Below, piece after piece: positions 18,501 through 26,361 of a DNA stretch of 32,000 nucleotides. The translations under genes were made by a program, and so were the position numbers. Under the pieces are notes generated by a model that was not told the origin of the DNA, searched no databases, and saw nothing but the letters and a program-made list of their open reading frames with translations. The DNA lies in contig CAZIYE010000001.1 of NCBI GenBank assembly GCA_964543385.1, positions 450,001 to 482,000 of the forward strand, in the 5' to 3' direction. Each line of letters starts with the position of its first letter. Position 1 is the first letter of the stretch. This stretch comes from an uncultured Candidatus Saccharibacteria bacterium. Lineage in GTDB: Bacteria; Patescibacteriota; UBA1384; XYA2-FULL-43-10; 1-14-0-10-43-13.

Positions 18501-19200
18501 ATCAGAACATCCGCTTTCAGATATTGGACATATTATAGAAGCGAACCGAACTATTAAAATAAATGAAATTAGACATGACAAAGAAAACCACTTTGTCAGA
18601 ATTGCTGGGGTTATCACCTCCTTGCAAAAAATCCTCACTCGCAACAATCAGAATATGGTTTTTGCCAAGATTGAAGATCTACAAGCAAACGCCGAGGTTT
18701 TGGTTTTTCCAAAATTATTGGAGAATGTTAGCGATCTGCTTGTAAATGATAAGATAGTCGCTATCGACGGATTTGTGAGCTTTAAAGATGGTGCCTTAAA
18801 AATTTTGGCTGAGAACATCTATGAATTAAAAGATGATGTCCAAATACCGCGATTCGCCGTTCGTGATAGAAAAAGAGGATCGGGGCGCTTCAATAACAAC
18901 AAGAAAGATACTTTGATAGAAGTGAAAAGAAATAATACTTATGAGACAAAAACAGCCGATATTTATATGCCAAACAATTTAAGAATTTCCATACCTCCTT
19001 ACTTTACAAAGGAAGATCTTCTTGAGATTAAGGATGTTTTGTCCAATCACCCTGGAGATTGCTCAGTATCTTTAAAAATACTAGACCCCCATACTCAAGA
19101 ATATAAGGAAATTAAAATAAAGAATCAGATCAAGTCAGACCCTATATTGCTAAGAAAGATTAAGGATTTTGTTGGTAAGGATAATTGTGAGATTTTTTAG
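15595..19200 (+). CDS. dnaE: DNA polymerase III subunit alpha (C-family, with PHP domain)
   Basis: '[44 protein letters not shown]', '[51 protein letters not shown]', '[37 protein letters not shown]', '[30 protein letters not shown]', OB-fold C-terminal region. Confidence 0.97.
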   Translation: [1201 protein letters not shown]

Positions 19201-19681
19201 TACTATTTAGGACACTAGCTATTTTTTGTTGCACTGAATAAGGATTTGAGATATTCTCCACTACTATATCCCCACCTTCTCGCGCACCTGCAGTCCTTAT
19301 TATCAAATCACCATATTTTAACATTGTTTTAGTCATACCTTGCATATTGCTAGACATATCGACAATATTTACTAGTTCCGCTTCAGTAATTCTTCTTTTG
19401 AAAAAACCTTTTTGGTCGATCGAAAATACCCTCATATTTGTAACAATTAGCAGGGTCTCTTTGTAGCTATAAAAAGCATTGAAAAAATATAACAAGATTA
19501 ATAGAGATAGAATCGATCCGACCAGCCACATCTTAGGAAGAAAAAGGAATATCCCTATTGCTACCGACAATACCAATATCGTCCTAAAACCTGGCGAATA
19601 GAGAGTGTAAGGATGAGTAGGAATAACTTCCATCACCTTCTCTCCCTGTTTCTGACCGCTGAATGTATATTCCTCTTCCAT
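19160..19681 (-). CDS. Bacterial PH-domain membrane protein
   Basis: Two adjacent TM segments then 'KETLLIVTNMRVFSIDQKGFFKRRITEAELVNIVDMS...YGDLIIRTAG'. Start MEEEYTFSG (19681); tracked ORF starts at 19693. Confidence 0.72.
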   Translation of the reverse strand: MEEEYTFSGQKQGEKVMEVIPTHPYTLYSPGFRTILVLSVAIGIFLFLPKMWLVGSILSLLILLYFFNAFYSYKETLLIVTNMRVFSIDQKGFFKRRITEAELVNIVDMSSNMQGMTKTMLKYGDLIIRTAGAREGGDIVVENISNPYSVQQKIASVLNSTKKSHNYPYQQNP

Positions 19682-19692
19682 AATTAATTCCA

Positions 19693-20793
19693 TTAAGATT
19701 TCAAACTATTTCTTCTTTTGATTATAGATAATATTATTATAAGCGCAATTACTAAAATAAATAAAGCCAGCCCTGCGACTATCTTCGACAATGTCGTTGA
19801 ACGTAGCGCCACCCAGGCGAAAGCAATCGCTATAATATAAATAAAAATTACCGCCTGTCTTTGTGAAAATCCTGCCGCCAAGAAACGGTGGTGAAGATGA
19901 GTCTTATCCGGAGATGTCATTGGATTCTTGCCTTTTAAGATACGACCGGTTGCAACCATTATTCCATCTACTATAGGAAAACCAAGAGCTAAGAAAACTG
20001 TTGCGAGCTTACCACCAGAAATTAGAGGCAAAACTCCCAGCATAAAGCCCAAAAACATACTTCCCGAATCCCCCATAAATATTTTAGCAGGAGGGAAATT
20101 TAATATAAGAAAGCCTGCCGAAGCACCAGCCATTGCTATTGCAATTGAAGCTGTTGCCGGTTGGCTCACTGCCAAAGAAATTGATAGAAGGAAAATTGTA
20201 ATAAATGCTATTGTCGCAAGTCCGCCAGCAAGTCCATCAACGCCATCGACAAAATTAATCGCATTCATCATTCCCACTATCCAAATTAAAGTTAATAAAT
20301 CTGACAATAAGGAAAAATGGTATACAACCCCTTGATAGGAAAACAATGGTATGTAAATTGTATTTAGATCCAGACGCTCACCAAATGGATTTGATAAATA
20401 ATCAATACCAATTCCTGATGCTATAACTACTAACGCAACAACTGTTTGCAATAATAGTTTCTTCCAAGCCTTAAGGCCCCTAATGTCATCGTAGAGCATA
20501 AAAGCCGTTATCATAAGACCACCGACCAATATTCCCAAAAATTTTTTATCTATAGACCAAATATGCCCAAAACCAAAACTGAGTTGCTGACGATCTAATA
20601 AAAAAATGGCTATTGAGATAACGAAAAATGACAAAAATATTGCAATGCCGCCAATCCTCGGTACTGGTTTTTTGTGTATATCTCTAGCTCGAGGTTTAGA
20701 AAGTAAATTCCATCTATAGCCTAATTTTCTCGCAACAAAACTAAAAGTTAGAGAGAGAGCGAGGCCCAATAAAAAAATGGAAAGATAATTCAT
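19693..20793 (-). CDS. MraY/WecA-family undecaprenyl-phosphate glycosyl-1-phosphate transferase
   Basis: 'HKKPVPRIGGIAIFLSF', 'DDIRGLKAWKKLLLQT', 'NAINFVDGVDGLAGG', 'KIFMGDSGSMFLGFMLG', 'DKTHLHHRFLAAGFSQRQAV'. Confidence 0.93.
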   Translation of the reverse strand: MNYLSIFLLGLALSLTFSFVARKLGYRWNLLSKPRARDIHKKPVPRIGGIAIFLSFFVISIAIFLLDRQQLSFGFGHIWSIDKKFLGILVGGLMITAFMLYDDIRGLKAWKKLLLQTVVALVVIASGIGIDYLSNPFGERLDLNTIYIPLFSYQGVVYHFSLLSDLLTLIWIVGMMNAINFVDGVDGLAGGLATIAFITIFLLSISLAVSQPATASIAIAMAGASAGFLILNFPPAKIFMGDSGSMFLGFMLGVLPLISGGKLATVFLALGFPIVDGIMVATGRILKGKNPMTSPDKTHLHHRFLAAGFSQRQAVIFIYIIAIAFAWVALRSTTLSKIVAGLALFILVIALIIILSIIKRRNSLKS

Positions 20794-20831
20794 ATTATGA
20801 TTATAACCAAACGTTACACAAAGTAGAAATT

Positions 20832-21437
20832 TTAAAACATTGCCGCATGGTCAACACGATCGTAGTCGTCATGAATTTCGCTCTCTGAAAACCAATGAGC
20901 AATTTCATGTTCTGCCTCTTCCTTATTCTCAGATATATGAATAACGTTCTTAATAGCGCGCTTACCCACATTGGCTGCAGCAGGAGAATCGGTGGAATAG
21001 TCACCCCTGATAGTTCCGATATCTGCCTTAGATGGTAATGTAACCCCAGCAATCTTTCTAGCCATATCTATAGCGTGAACTCCTTCTATTACCATCGCAA
21101 TCATTGGAGCTTCAGTAAGGTACTTTACAAGCCATTCTCTGACCTGTTTACCCGCCTCCAACTTATCTCGAGTACCCATAACATCTTGAGGATCAAGTCC
21201 AAGCTCATCAAAAACGGTAAACCCTTTTTGACCCAACCTGGCCACCCAAACATCATCCTTAGGATAATGCTCATTGGCTTGATCAATATTTGGTTTAACC
21301 ATTTTTAAGGCAACAATCTTCAGTCCCCTTTTTTCGAATCTGGTAATTATCTCTCCTATGATTCCACGCTGAGTACCGTCAGGTTTCACCATCGCAAATG
21401 TTCTCTCAATAGCTGGTCCTAGCTGTTTGTTAGCCAT
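20832..21437 (-). CDS. ndk: Nucleoside diphosphate kinase, long (insertion-containing) form
   Basis: 'RTFAMVKPDGTQRGIIGEIITRFEKRGLKIVALKM', 'APMIAMVIEGVHAIDMARKIAGVT', 'GTIRGDYSTDSP', 'KNVIHISENKEEAEHEIAHWF'. 201 aa with an additional segment between 'HYPKDD' and 'YLTEAPM'. Confidence 0.93.
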   Translation of the reverse strand: MANKQLGPAIERTFAMVKPDGTQRGIIGEIITRFEKRGLKIVALKMVKPNIDQANEHYPKDDVWVARLGQKGFTVFDELGLDPQDVMGTRDKLEAGKQVREWLVKYLTEAPMIAMVIEGVHAIDMARKIAGVTLPSKADIGTIRGDYSTDSPAAANVGKRAIKNVIHISENKEEAEHEIAHWFSESEIHDDYDRVDHAAMF

Positions 21438-21445
21438 ACAACTCC

Positions 21446-22720
21446 TTAAAAATTAAATATTTTTTCTAGATCTCCTTCAATAATATCAGGTCCAACTAAA
21501 CTTATAGCCATGCTCTCTTGCTTAAAATATTTATTGCCAACTGCTGTTAAGTCAGACGGCGTGATCTCTCTATATTTATCAATAATCTGAAGCGGACTTT
21601 TTATTTGTGATGAAAGTAATTCATTAGCACCGTATAAATTTGCTAATTCATTTGTATCCTCGAGACTTATTAGCATGCGACCAGATATTATTTCTTTTGC
21701 ACGGGCAAATTCTGCGTCTGTAAAACCATTCAGCATCTTCTTATATTCTCTCAAAATAGCAACCGCTGCTTCCTGCCATCGGTCATTATGAACTCCAGCG
21801 TAAGTGTCGATTGCTCCAGTATCCAGATAACTATCTGATGTTGTGCGGACAGCATAGGCTAAGCCAAGCTTCTCGCGAATTTCAGTAAACATCCTCGAGC
21901 TCATTGATCCGCCTAATATTATACCCAGAAGTTTTAATGCATATTTGTCATCATTGTCGCGCGCAGCCCCTCTAAAACCAATGCTAAGATGGGTTTGTTC
22001 TGTTTTTCTCTTGACAATGATGCTATTTTTCCTAGTCGGGAGAACAATTGCAGGATAATGATGTTTTTCGCCGCTATCAAAAGTGAATTTCTCCTCTATA
22101 AGGCTCAACAAATCATTTTCCGCCATAGAAGAAATGTTGCCGACAACTACAACGACAATATTTTGACTTTGGTAATAACCCTTCTTATATTTGAGTATAG
22201 CTTCCCTGCTGGTTTTACTTATGCTATCACGATAGCCGATGACATCACGTCCAAGAGAATTCTTACCAAATAATGCCTCTTCAAATTTACTTGAGCATAC
22301 CTCCATCGGTAGATCCGCATACATGTCATATTCCTGCAGAATAACCAGCTTTTCCTTGACCAAATCTTCTTTTTTGAATAGAGGATTGACTAATAAGTCA
22401 GAGAGAAAGTCAATTGACTTTGCCAAATGTTTAGTGGCAGTTTTAGTATAATAGCCGGTATACTCTTTGCCAGTAAATGCGTTGTGTTCCCCTCCAATAT
22501 CTTCAATAAACTCTGCAACTTTTAAAGGTGTTGATCTCTTTTCTGAGCCCTTATAGAACATGTGTTCTAGCACATGGGAGATACCTGCTATATTCTCATC
22601 CTCATAGCGACTACCAGCTCCGGCCATTACCATAGTAGTAACAACATCTTTAGAATTATCAGGAACCAAAATTACACGCAGCCCATCCTTTTGTATATGT
22701 TTTTTGTATATTGAATTCAT
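21446..22720 (-). CDS. M16-family (insulinase/processing peptidase-like) zinc peptidase
   Basis: Inverted zinc motif HxxEH in 'GISHVLEHMFYKG'; 'GEHNAFTGKEYTGYY'; 'LAYAVRTTSDSYLDTGAIDTYAGV'. Confidence 0.92.
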   Translation of the reverse strand: MNSIYKKHIQKDGLRVILVPDNSKDVVTTMVMAGAGSRYEDENIAGISHVLEHMFYKGSEKRSTPLKVAEFIEDIGGEHNAFTGKEYTGYYTKTATKHLAKSIDFLSDLLVNPLFKKEDLVKEKLVILQEYDMYADLPMEVCSSKFEEALFGKNSLGRDVIGYRDSISKTSREAILKYKKGYYQSQNIVVVVVGNISSMAENDLLSLIEEKFTFDSGEKHHYPAIVLPTRKNSIIVKRKTEQTHLSIGFRGAARDNDDKYALKLLGIILGGSMSSRMFTEIREKLGLAYAVRTTSDSYLDTGAIDTYAGVHNDRWQEAAVAILREYKKMLNGFTDAEFARAKEIISGRMLISLEDTNELANLYGANELLSSQIKSPLQIIDKYREITPSDLTAVGNKYFKQESMAISLVGPDIIEGDLEKIFNF

Positions 22721-22776
22721 TTAAAATGTACAAATAATAAGATTGTAAAATAAGTAAACGATAAAATGTATTCAAA

Positions 22777-22852
22777 TGGTACCCGCGGAAGGAATCGGAC
22801 CTTCGGCCTCACGGACCGCAACCGTGCGCTCTATCCACTGAGCTACGCGGGC
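22777..22852 (-). tRNA. tRNA-Arg(GCG)
   Basis: GCCCGCG-TA-GCTC-AGTGGATA-GAGC-G-CACGG-TTGCGGT-CCGTG-AGGCC-GAAGG-TCCGATT-CCTTC-CGCGGGT-A-CCA. All arms pair; first acceptor pair G.U; A20 present. Confidence 0.93.
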
Positions 22853-22871
22853 AAAAATTCTGGATTTGCGA

Positions 22872-23378
22872 TTAAAGCTTCAAAAAACGATTAACAATAT
22901 CTGAAAAGTCCTCTCCCTTATCCTCATCTTCAGGCAAATATCTCGACAGATAGAGTCTTATTTGTTCAGGATCAGTTTCAGCAAGAGGCATAGTCAAAAC
23001 TCCTGCTGCTATTCCATTCATTTGAAATCTTGCCTTGGGGATATCGGACAATGTCAACCAGAATGATTTGAAATCAGTATAACGATATACCTTATCATCA
23101 ACCACAACACCCTGATTATAAACTGCGCATTTTACAATCCTTGGCTTGCTCTGAGATAAAAGTATAAACATGGTCGCAGCAATAAGAACAAGGATCATTC
23201 CACTCCACAGCTGCTGATAGTAAAGAATTGCTGCGAGAGATAATGTTACACCCGCTACGGCAATATACCAAGATATATTTTTACCATAGACTATACGATC
23301 TGGTGACTCCCAAATAAATACAGGTTTATCTATTTTTTGGTCAATTTTATCAGCTCTGTCCTCGATATTTTTCGCCAT
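22872..23378 (-). CDS. Conserved-type hypothetical membrane protein (two TM segments)
   Basis: ORF from MAKNIEDR; TM helices 'ISWYIAVAGVTLSLAAILYY' and 'LWSGMILVLIAATMFILLS'; C-terminal soluble region. Confidence 0.65.
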   Translation of the reverse strand: MAKNIEDRADKIDQKIDKPVFIWESPDRIVYGKNISWYIAVAGVTLSLAAILYYQQLWSGMILVLIAATMFILLSQSKPRIVKCAVYNQGVVVDDKVYRYTDFKSFWLTLSDIPKARFQMNGIAAGVLTMPLAETDPEQIRLYLSRYLPEDEDKGEDFSDIVNRFLKL

Positions 23379-23431
23379 AAACCCCACTCGTTTATTTATG
23401 TCATCATTCTACAAAACTAACAATGTGACCT

Positions 23432-23476
23432 GCCATGTACCAGGTCTTAATCGTAGATTAAGCCGCGGTACATGGC
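23432..23476. repeat. Inverted repeat/hairpin overlapping the 3' end of tRNA-Ser(GCT)
   Basis: GCCATGTACC (23432-23441) ... GGTACATGGC (23467-23476), 10-bp perfect arms, with inner CTTAAT (23446-23451)/ATTAAG (23457-23462) and a 5-nt loop. Confidence 0.8.
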
Positions 23477-23562
23477 GGAGAGGGCGGGATTCGAACCCGC
23501 GAGAGGATTACTCCTCTACCTCGTTAGCAGTGAGGCGCTTTCGGCCACTCAGCCACCTCTCC
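23473..23562 (-). tRNA. tRNA-Ser(GCT)
   Basis: Acceptor GGAGAGG/CCTCTCC; D arm GGCTGAGTGGCCGAAAGCG; anticodon loop CTGCTAA; variable arm GAGGAGTAATCCTC; T arm GCGGG-TTCGAAT-CCCGC; GCCA end. Confidence 0.93.
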
Positions 23563-23666
23563 AAAATATTTAATATATTGTTACAAAGCTTGAATCAATT
23601 GCAACAATAAACCTATTCTTTGCAAATCTTATCATACCGCACTAAAAAAATCCATGCTTATAGCTG

Positions 23667-23695
23667 TTGAAATAATCTTTTAAAAAAGCGATAAT
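23667..23695 (+). promoter_or_regulatory. Sigma70-type promoter upstream of the 147-aa membrane protein
   Basis: TTGAAA (23667-23672), 17 bp spacer, GATAAT (23690-23695), about 50 nt before ATG 23745. Confidence 0.55.
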
Positions 23696-23744
23696 ACAAC
23701 TGTATTCTGTAAACATAAATTAGACAAAGAAGTAGGAGATATTT

Positions 23745-24188
23745 ATGTGTGGAGTCTGTACTGCTGCAGCCTTAGCTGGCGTTGGTCTTTCAAGATGGCT
23801 AAAAATAGATGATACGATATCTGGCCTTTGGATTGGCGGAATGTTAATATCTATCAGCATCTGGACAGCTAAATGGCTTAGAGATAAATTTCCCAAAATA
23901 AGCTTTCCCGGTCTAACACCATTGGTCGGTCTTGCATACTATGCTTTAGTTATTATACCTTTTTATCAAAAAGGCATTATTGGGCACCCTAAGAATGTCT
24001 TATTTGAGATCGACAAACTTCTTCTGGGCCTAATCGCTGGCAGCATCTTTTTTTATCTTGGCGGCGAGCTTTATAAAATTATAAAAGCCAAAAATGGCGG
24101 GCACGCTCAATTTCCTTTTCAAAAAGTTGTAATTCCAGTAGCAGTGTTAGCAATCTTAAGTGGAATATTTTATTTAATAACAAAGTAA
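23745..24188 (+). CDS. Hypothetical polytopic membrane protein
   Basis: 147 aa; N-terminal 'MCGVCTAAALAGVGLSRWLKI' and hydrophobic helices, strong upstream promoter. Confidence 0.65.
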   Translation: MCGVCTAAALAGVGLSRWLKIDDTISGLWIGGMLISISIWTAKWLRDKFPKISFPGLTPLVGLAYYALVIIPFYQKGIIGHPKNVLFEIDKLLLGLIAGSIFFYLGGELYKIIKAKNGGHAQFPFQKVVIPVAVLAILSGIFYLITK

Positions 24189-24197
24189 GGATAATTT

Positions 24198-24722
24198 ATG
24201 ATCACTAAAAGCGTCGACGATTTTATTCAAAAAATAAACAATTCAAAAAAAGATAATAAGTTTGACCTTTCCACAGAGGAAGATTTATCTATTGCAATTA
24301 TGAATTTAATATCAGTAGAGGAACATTTTTTCTTCAGCGCGAAGAAGACAGGTGATAATAAATATTTTGATCTACTTAAAGAAGTTCGAGAGATGCGCAA
24401 AGACCTGATGAAGAAAATGATAAAAGAATACGAAGGAGAAGTTTGGTGTATTTCTAAACATCTATTAGCGTCGTCAATGAGATTAATGGAGGTGGGGACA
24501 AAACTATTAGGAAAAGGCCAGACCAAAGATTCCGAAGAAATGTTTGAAAAATCTTACAATCTTTATTCTCTTTTTTGGGGCCTCAACCTTAACGTAATAA
24601 AAACAGATGAGATAAAAAAGATCGACGACGGCAAGCTTGATAAAACCGATAAAAAACAGAATACTGTTTTTAATAAGCTCGGAGTACTAGTTCAAAAGGC
24701 AATCGATTGCTGTAGAGAATAG
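24198..24722 (+). CDS. Hypothetical helical protein
   Basis: 174 aa, 9 bp after the previous ORF; all-helical composition. Confidence 0.6.
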   Translation: MITKSVDDFIQKINNSKKDNKFDLSTEEDLSIAIMNLISVEEHFFFSAKKTGDNKYFDLLKEVREMRKDLMKKMIKEYEGEVWCISKHLLASSMRLMEVGTKLLGKGQTKDSEEMFEKSYNLYSLFWGLNLNVIKTDEIKKIDDGKLDKTDKKQNTVFNKLGVLVQKAIDCCRE

Positions 24723-24809
24723 CGACCATAGAGTGACAAGTTGACGTTGACTCGACGACTATTTCTGTGATTAAATTAACTCATTAGTATTAGATTTTAA
24801 AGAGGGAAC

Positions 24810-25403
24810 ATGACTGAGTGGATAACAACCAAGGAAGCTGGAGAGATCTTAGGCGTCAGCATTAGGACTATTCAAAGATATGTGGAAAAAGGTAAATTAA
24901 AGACCAAAGTTATATCTGGCAAAAATTCAGTAAAAAAAGATGCTATTGTTAAACTCAAGCCTGAAAGCCAAACCCCTGGTACAACAAATCAAGAGACTAA
25001 TAATGGACAGAAGGTTCAGTCAAATCATAGCTGGCAGATACCAGATGGATACTTATTAATTGATAAATCGACCCTTGAGAGCTTAAGAGAACAGATAAAA
25101 AAACTGACAGACAGCGTCGGAGAAATGCAACTAACGCAAAAACTTCTAATTGAAAAGGGGTTAAACTTAAAAGAAAACAATAGCGAAGAGCTATCTCTAG
25201 GAGAGTCAACACCGCTATCCTCAATACAGCCCGAATCTTCATTAATTGACACACCCATTGAGAGTGTAGCAAAAGCCCACGAGGACTTTTTTGGCAAAAA
25301 GAAAAACAACGGGTTAAATTTACTTTGGATTATTCCCTCTGTAATAGTGGGCTTAATAATAGTAATATTGATTATCAATTCATTTGCCGGCATATCACTT
25401 TAG
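24810..25403 (+). CDS. Helix-turn-helix (MerR/excisionase-like) protein with a C-terminal TM segment
   Basis: 'WITTKEAGEILGVSIRTIQRYVEKGKLKTKVISGKNSVKKDAI' HTH; long polar linker; C-terminal TM 'LNLLWIIPSVIVGLIIVILIINSF'. RBS AAAGAGGGAAC. Confidence 0.8.
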   Translation: MTEWITTKEAGEILGVSIRTIQRYVEKGKLKTKVISGKNSVKKDAIVKLKPESQTPGTTNQETNNGQKVQSNHSWQIPDGYLLIDKSTLESLREQIKKLTDSVGEMQLTQKLLIEKGLNLKENNSEELSLGESTPLSSIQPESSLIDTPIESVAKAHEDFFGKKKNNGLNLLWIIPSVIVGLIIVILIINSFAGISL

Positions 25404-25418
25404 CCAACAGTTCTAGAG

Positions 25419-26042
25419 CTAATACTGCTCCAAACGCTCGTTAACCTTTGGCCAATTTACCACTTGCCAGAAATTATTAGCGTATGACTTTTTATCATTC
25501 TTGTAGTCTATATAATAAGCGTGTTCCCACATATCTAAAACTAATAGTATTTTTTGTTCAGGGGATAAATTTAAGTTATGATTACCTATCTGAAAAATTA
25601 GTAGGCGACGCGTCAGGACATCGTACGTCAATATTGCCCAACCCGAACCCTCGATTGTCGTGGCGCATTCAGTAAATTCTGAAATGAATCTCTCCAGATC
25701 ACCAAATTCAGAGTCAAGCATATCTATGATCTTATTCTTTGGCTTTTCAAATTGAGAAATTGGTATTAAATTTTCCCAGAATAGATTATGCAGGACACTA
25801 CCACCTATATTAAAAGATAGTTTCTTAGCGACAACACCAACATCTATCTCATCACCATCGGCTCTAGAGTCGTCAACTTTTTTTAATAATTCGTTACTTT
25901 TTTCTATGTATACTCTATGATGCTTGTTATAGTGAACGTCTGTTTGTTGCCTAGACAAGACAGGCTCCAAGGCATCTAAATCATAGTGTAACACTGGTAA
26001 ATTATAAAATTTATTATTCATAAATATCCTCATATTATCCAT
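25419..26042 (-). CDS. Fe/Mn-type superoxide dismutase
   Basis: 'YNLPVLHYDLDALEPVLSRQQTDVHYNKHHRVYI', 'GSVLHNLFW', 'DMWEHAYYIDYKNDKKSYANNFWQVVNW': the four ligand positions (H, H, D, H) are retained. Start codon uncertain. Confidence 0.88.
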   Translation of the reverse strand: MDNMRIFMNNKFYNLPVLHYDLDALEPVLSRQQTDVHYNKHHRVYIEKSNELLKKVDDSRADGDEIDVGVVAKKLSFNIGGSVLHNLFWENLIPISQFEKPKNKIIDMLDSEFGDLERFISEFTECATTIEGSGWAILTYDVLTRRLLIFQIGNHNLNLSPEQKILLVLDMWEHAYYIDYKNDKKSYANNFWQVVNWPKVNERLEQY

Positions 26043-26273
26043 AAAAGAAGATACAATCTTACAATAATAATTTATATGGTCAATATAACAACAGAGGGGA
26101 ACTAGCGACGATTACGTATTTTAAAATTTGAAAAGCGCTGGCAAATTTTAGATATACAAACATCCAGCGAAAGTTGAATTTATCAATAAAAAATGTTATT
26201 ATCTTTAAAGATTAAGCACGGATAATTAATTGCCAAGATATCGCAATCTATTATCTACACGATTCAGCTACCT

Positions 26274-26361
26274 GGAGAGGTCGCATAGTGGTCTAGTGCG
26301 GCGGTCTTGAAAACCGCTGAGCCGCAAGGTTCCGTGGGTTCGAATCCCACCCTCTCCGCCA
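26274..26361 (+). tRNA. tRNA-Ser(TGA)
   Basis: GGAGAGG acceptor/CCTCTCC; anticodon arm GCGGT-CTTGAAA-ACCGC; long variable arm; T arm GTGGG-TTCGAAT-CCCAC; GCCA end. Confidence 0.94.

Noticed and set aside
17952-18647. 231-aa minus-strand ORF antisense to dnaE
   Set aside because: Antisense shadow of a highly conserved gene; hydrophobic composition is typical of antisense frames.
23398-23610. 70-aa plus-strand ORF covering tRNA-Ser(GCT)
   Set aside because: Translation through the complement of a tRNA and its trailer hairpin.
24997-25393. Antisense ORFs within the HTH-TM gene (24997-25272 and 25025-25393, minus)
   Set aside because: Shadow ORFs in a gene with a clear HTH and RBS on the other strand.
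25484-25675. 63-aa plus-strand ORF within the SOD gene
   Set aside because: Antisense to conserved SOD ligand motifs; no independent support.
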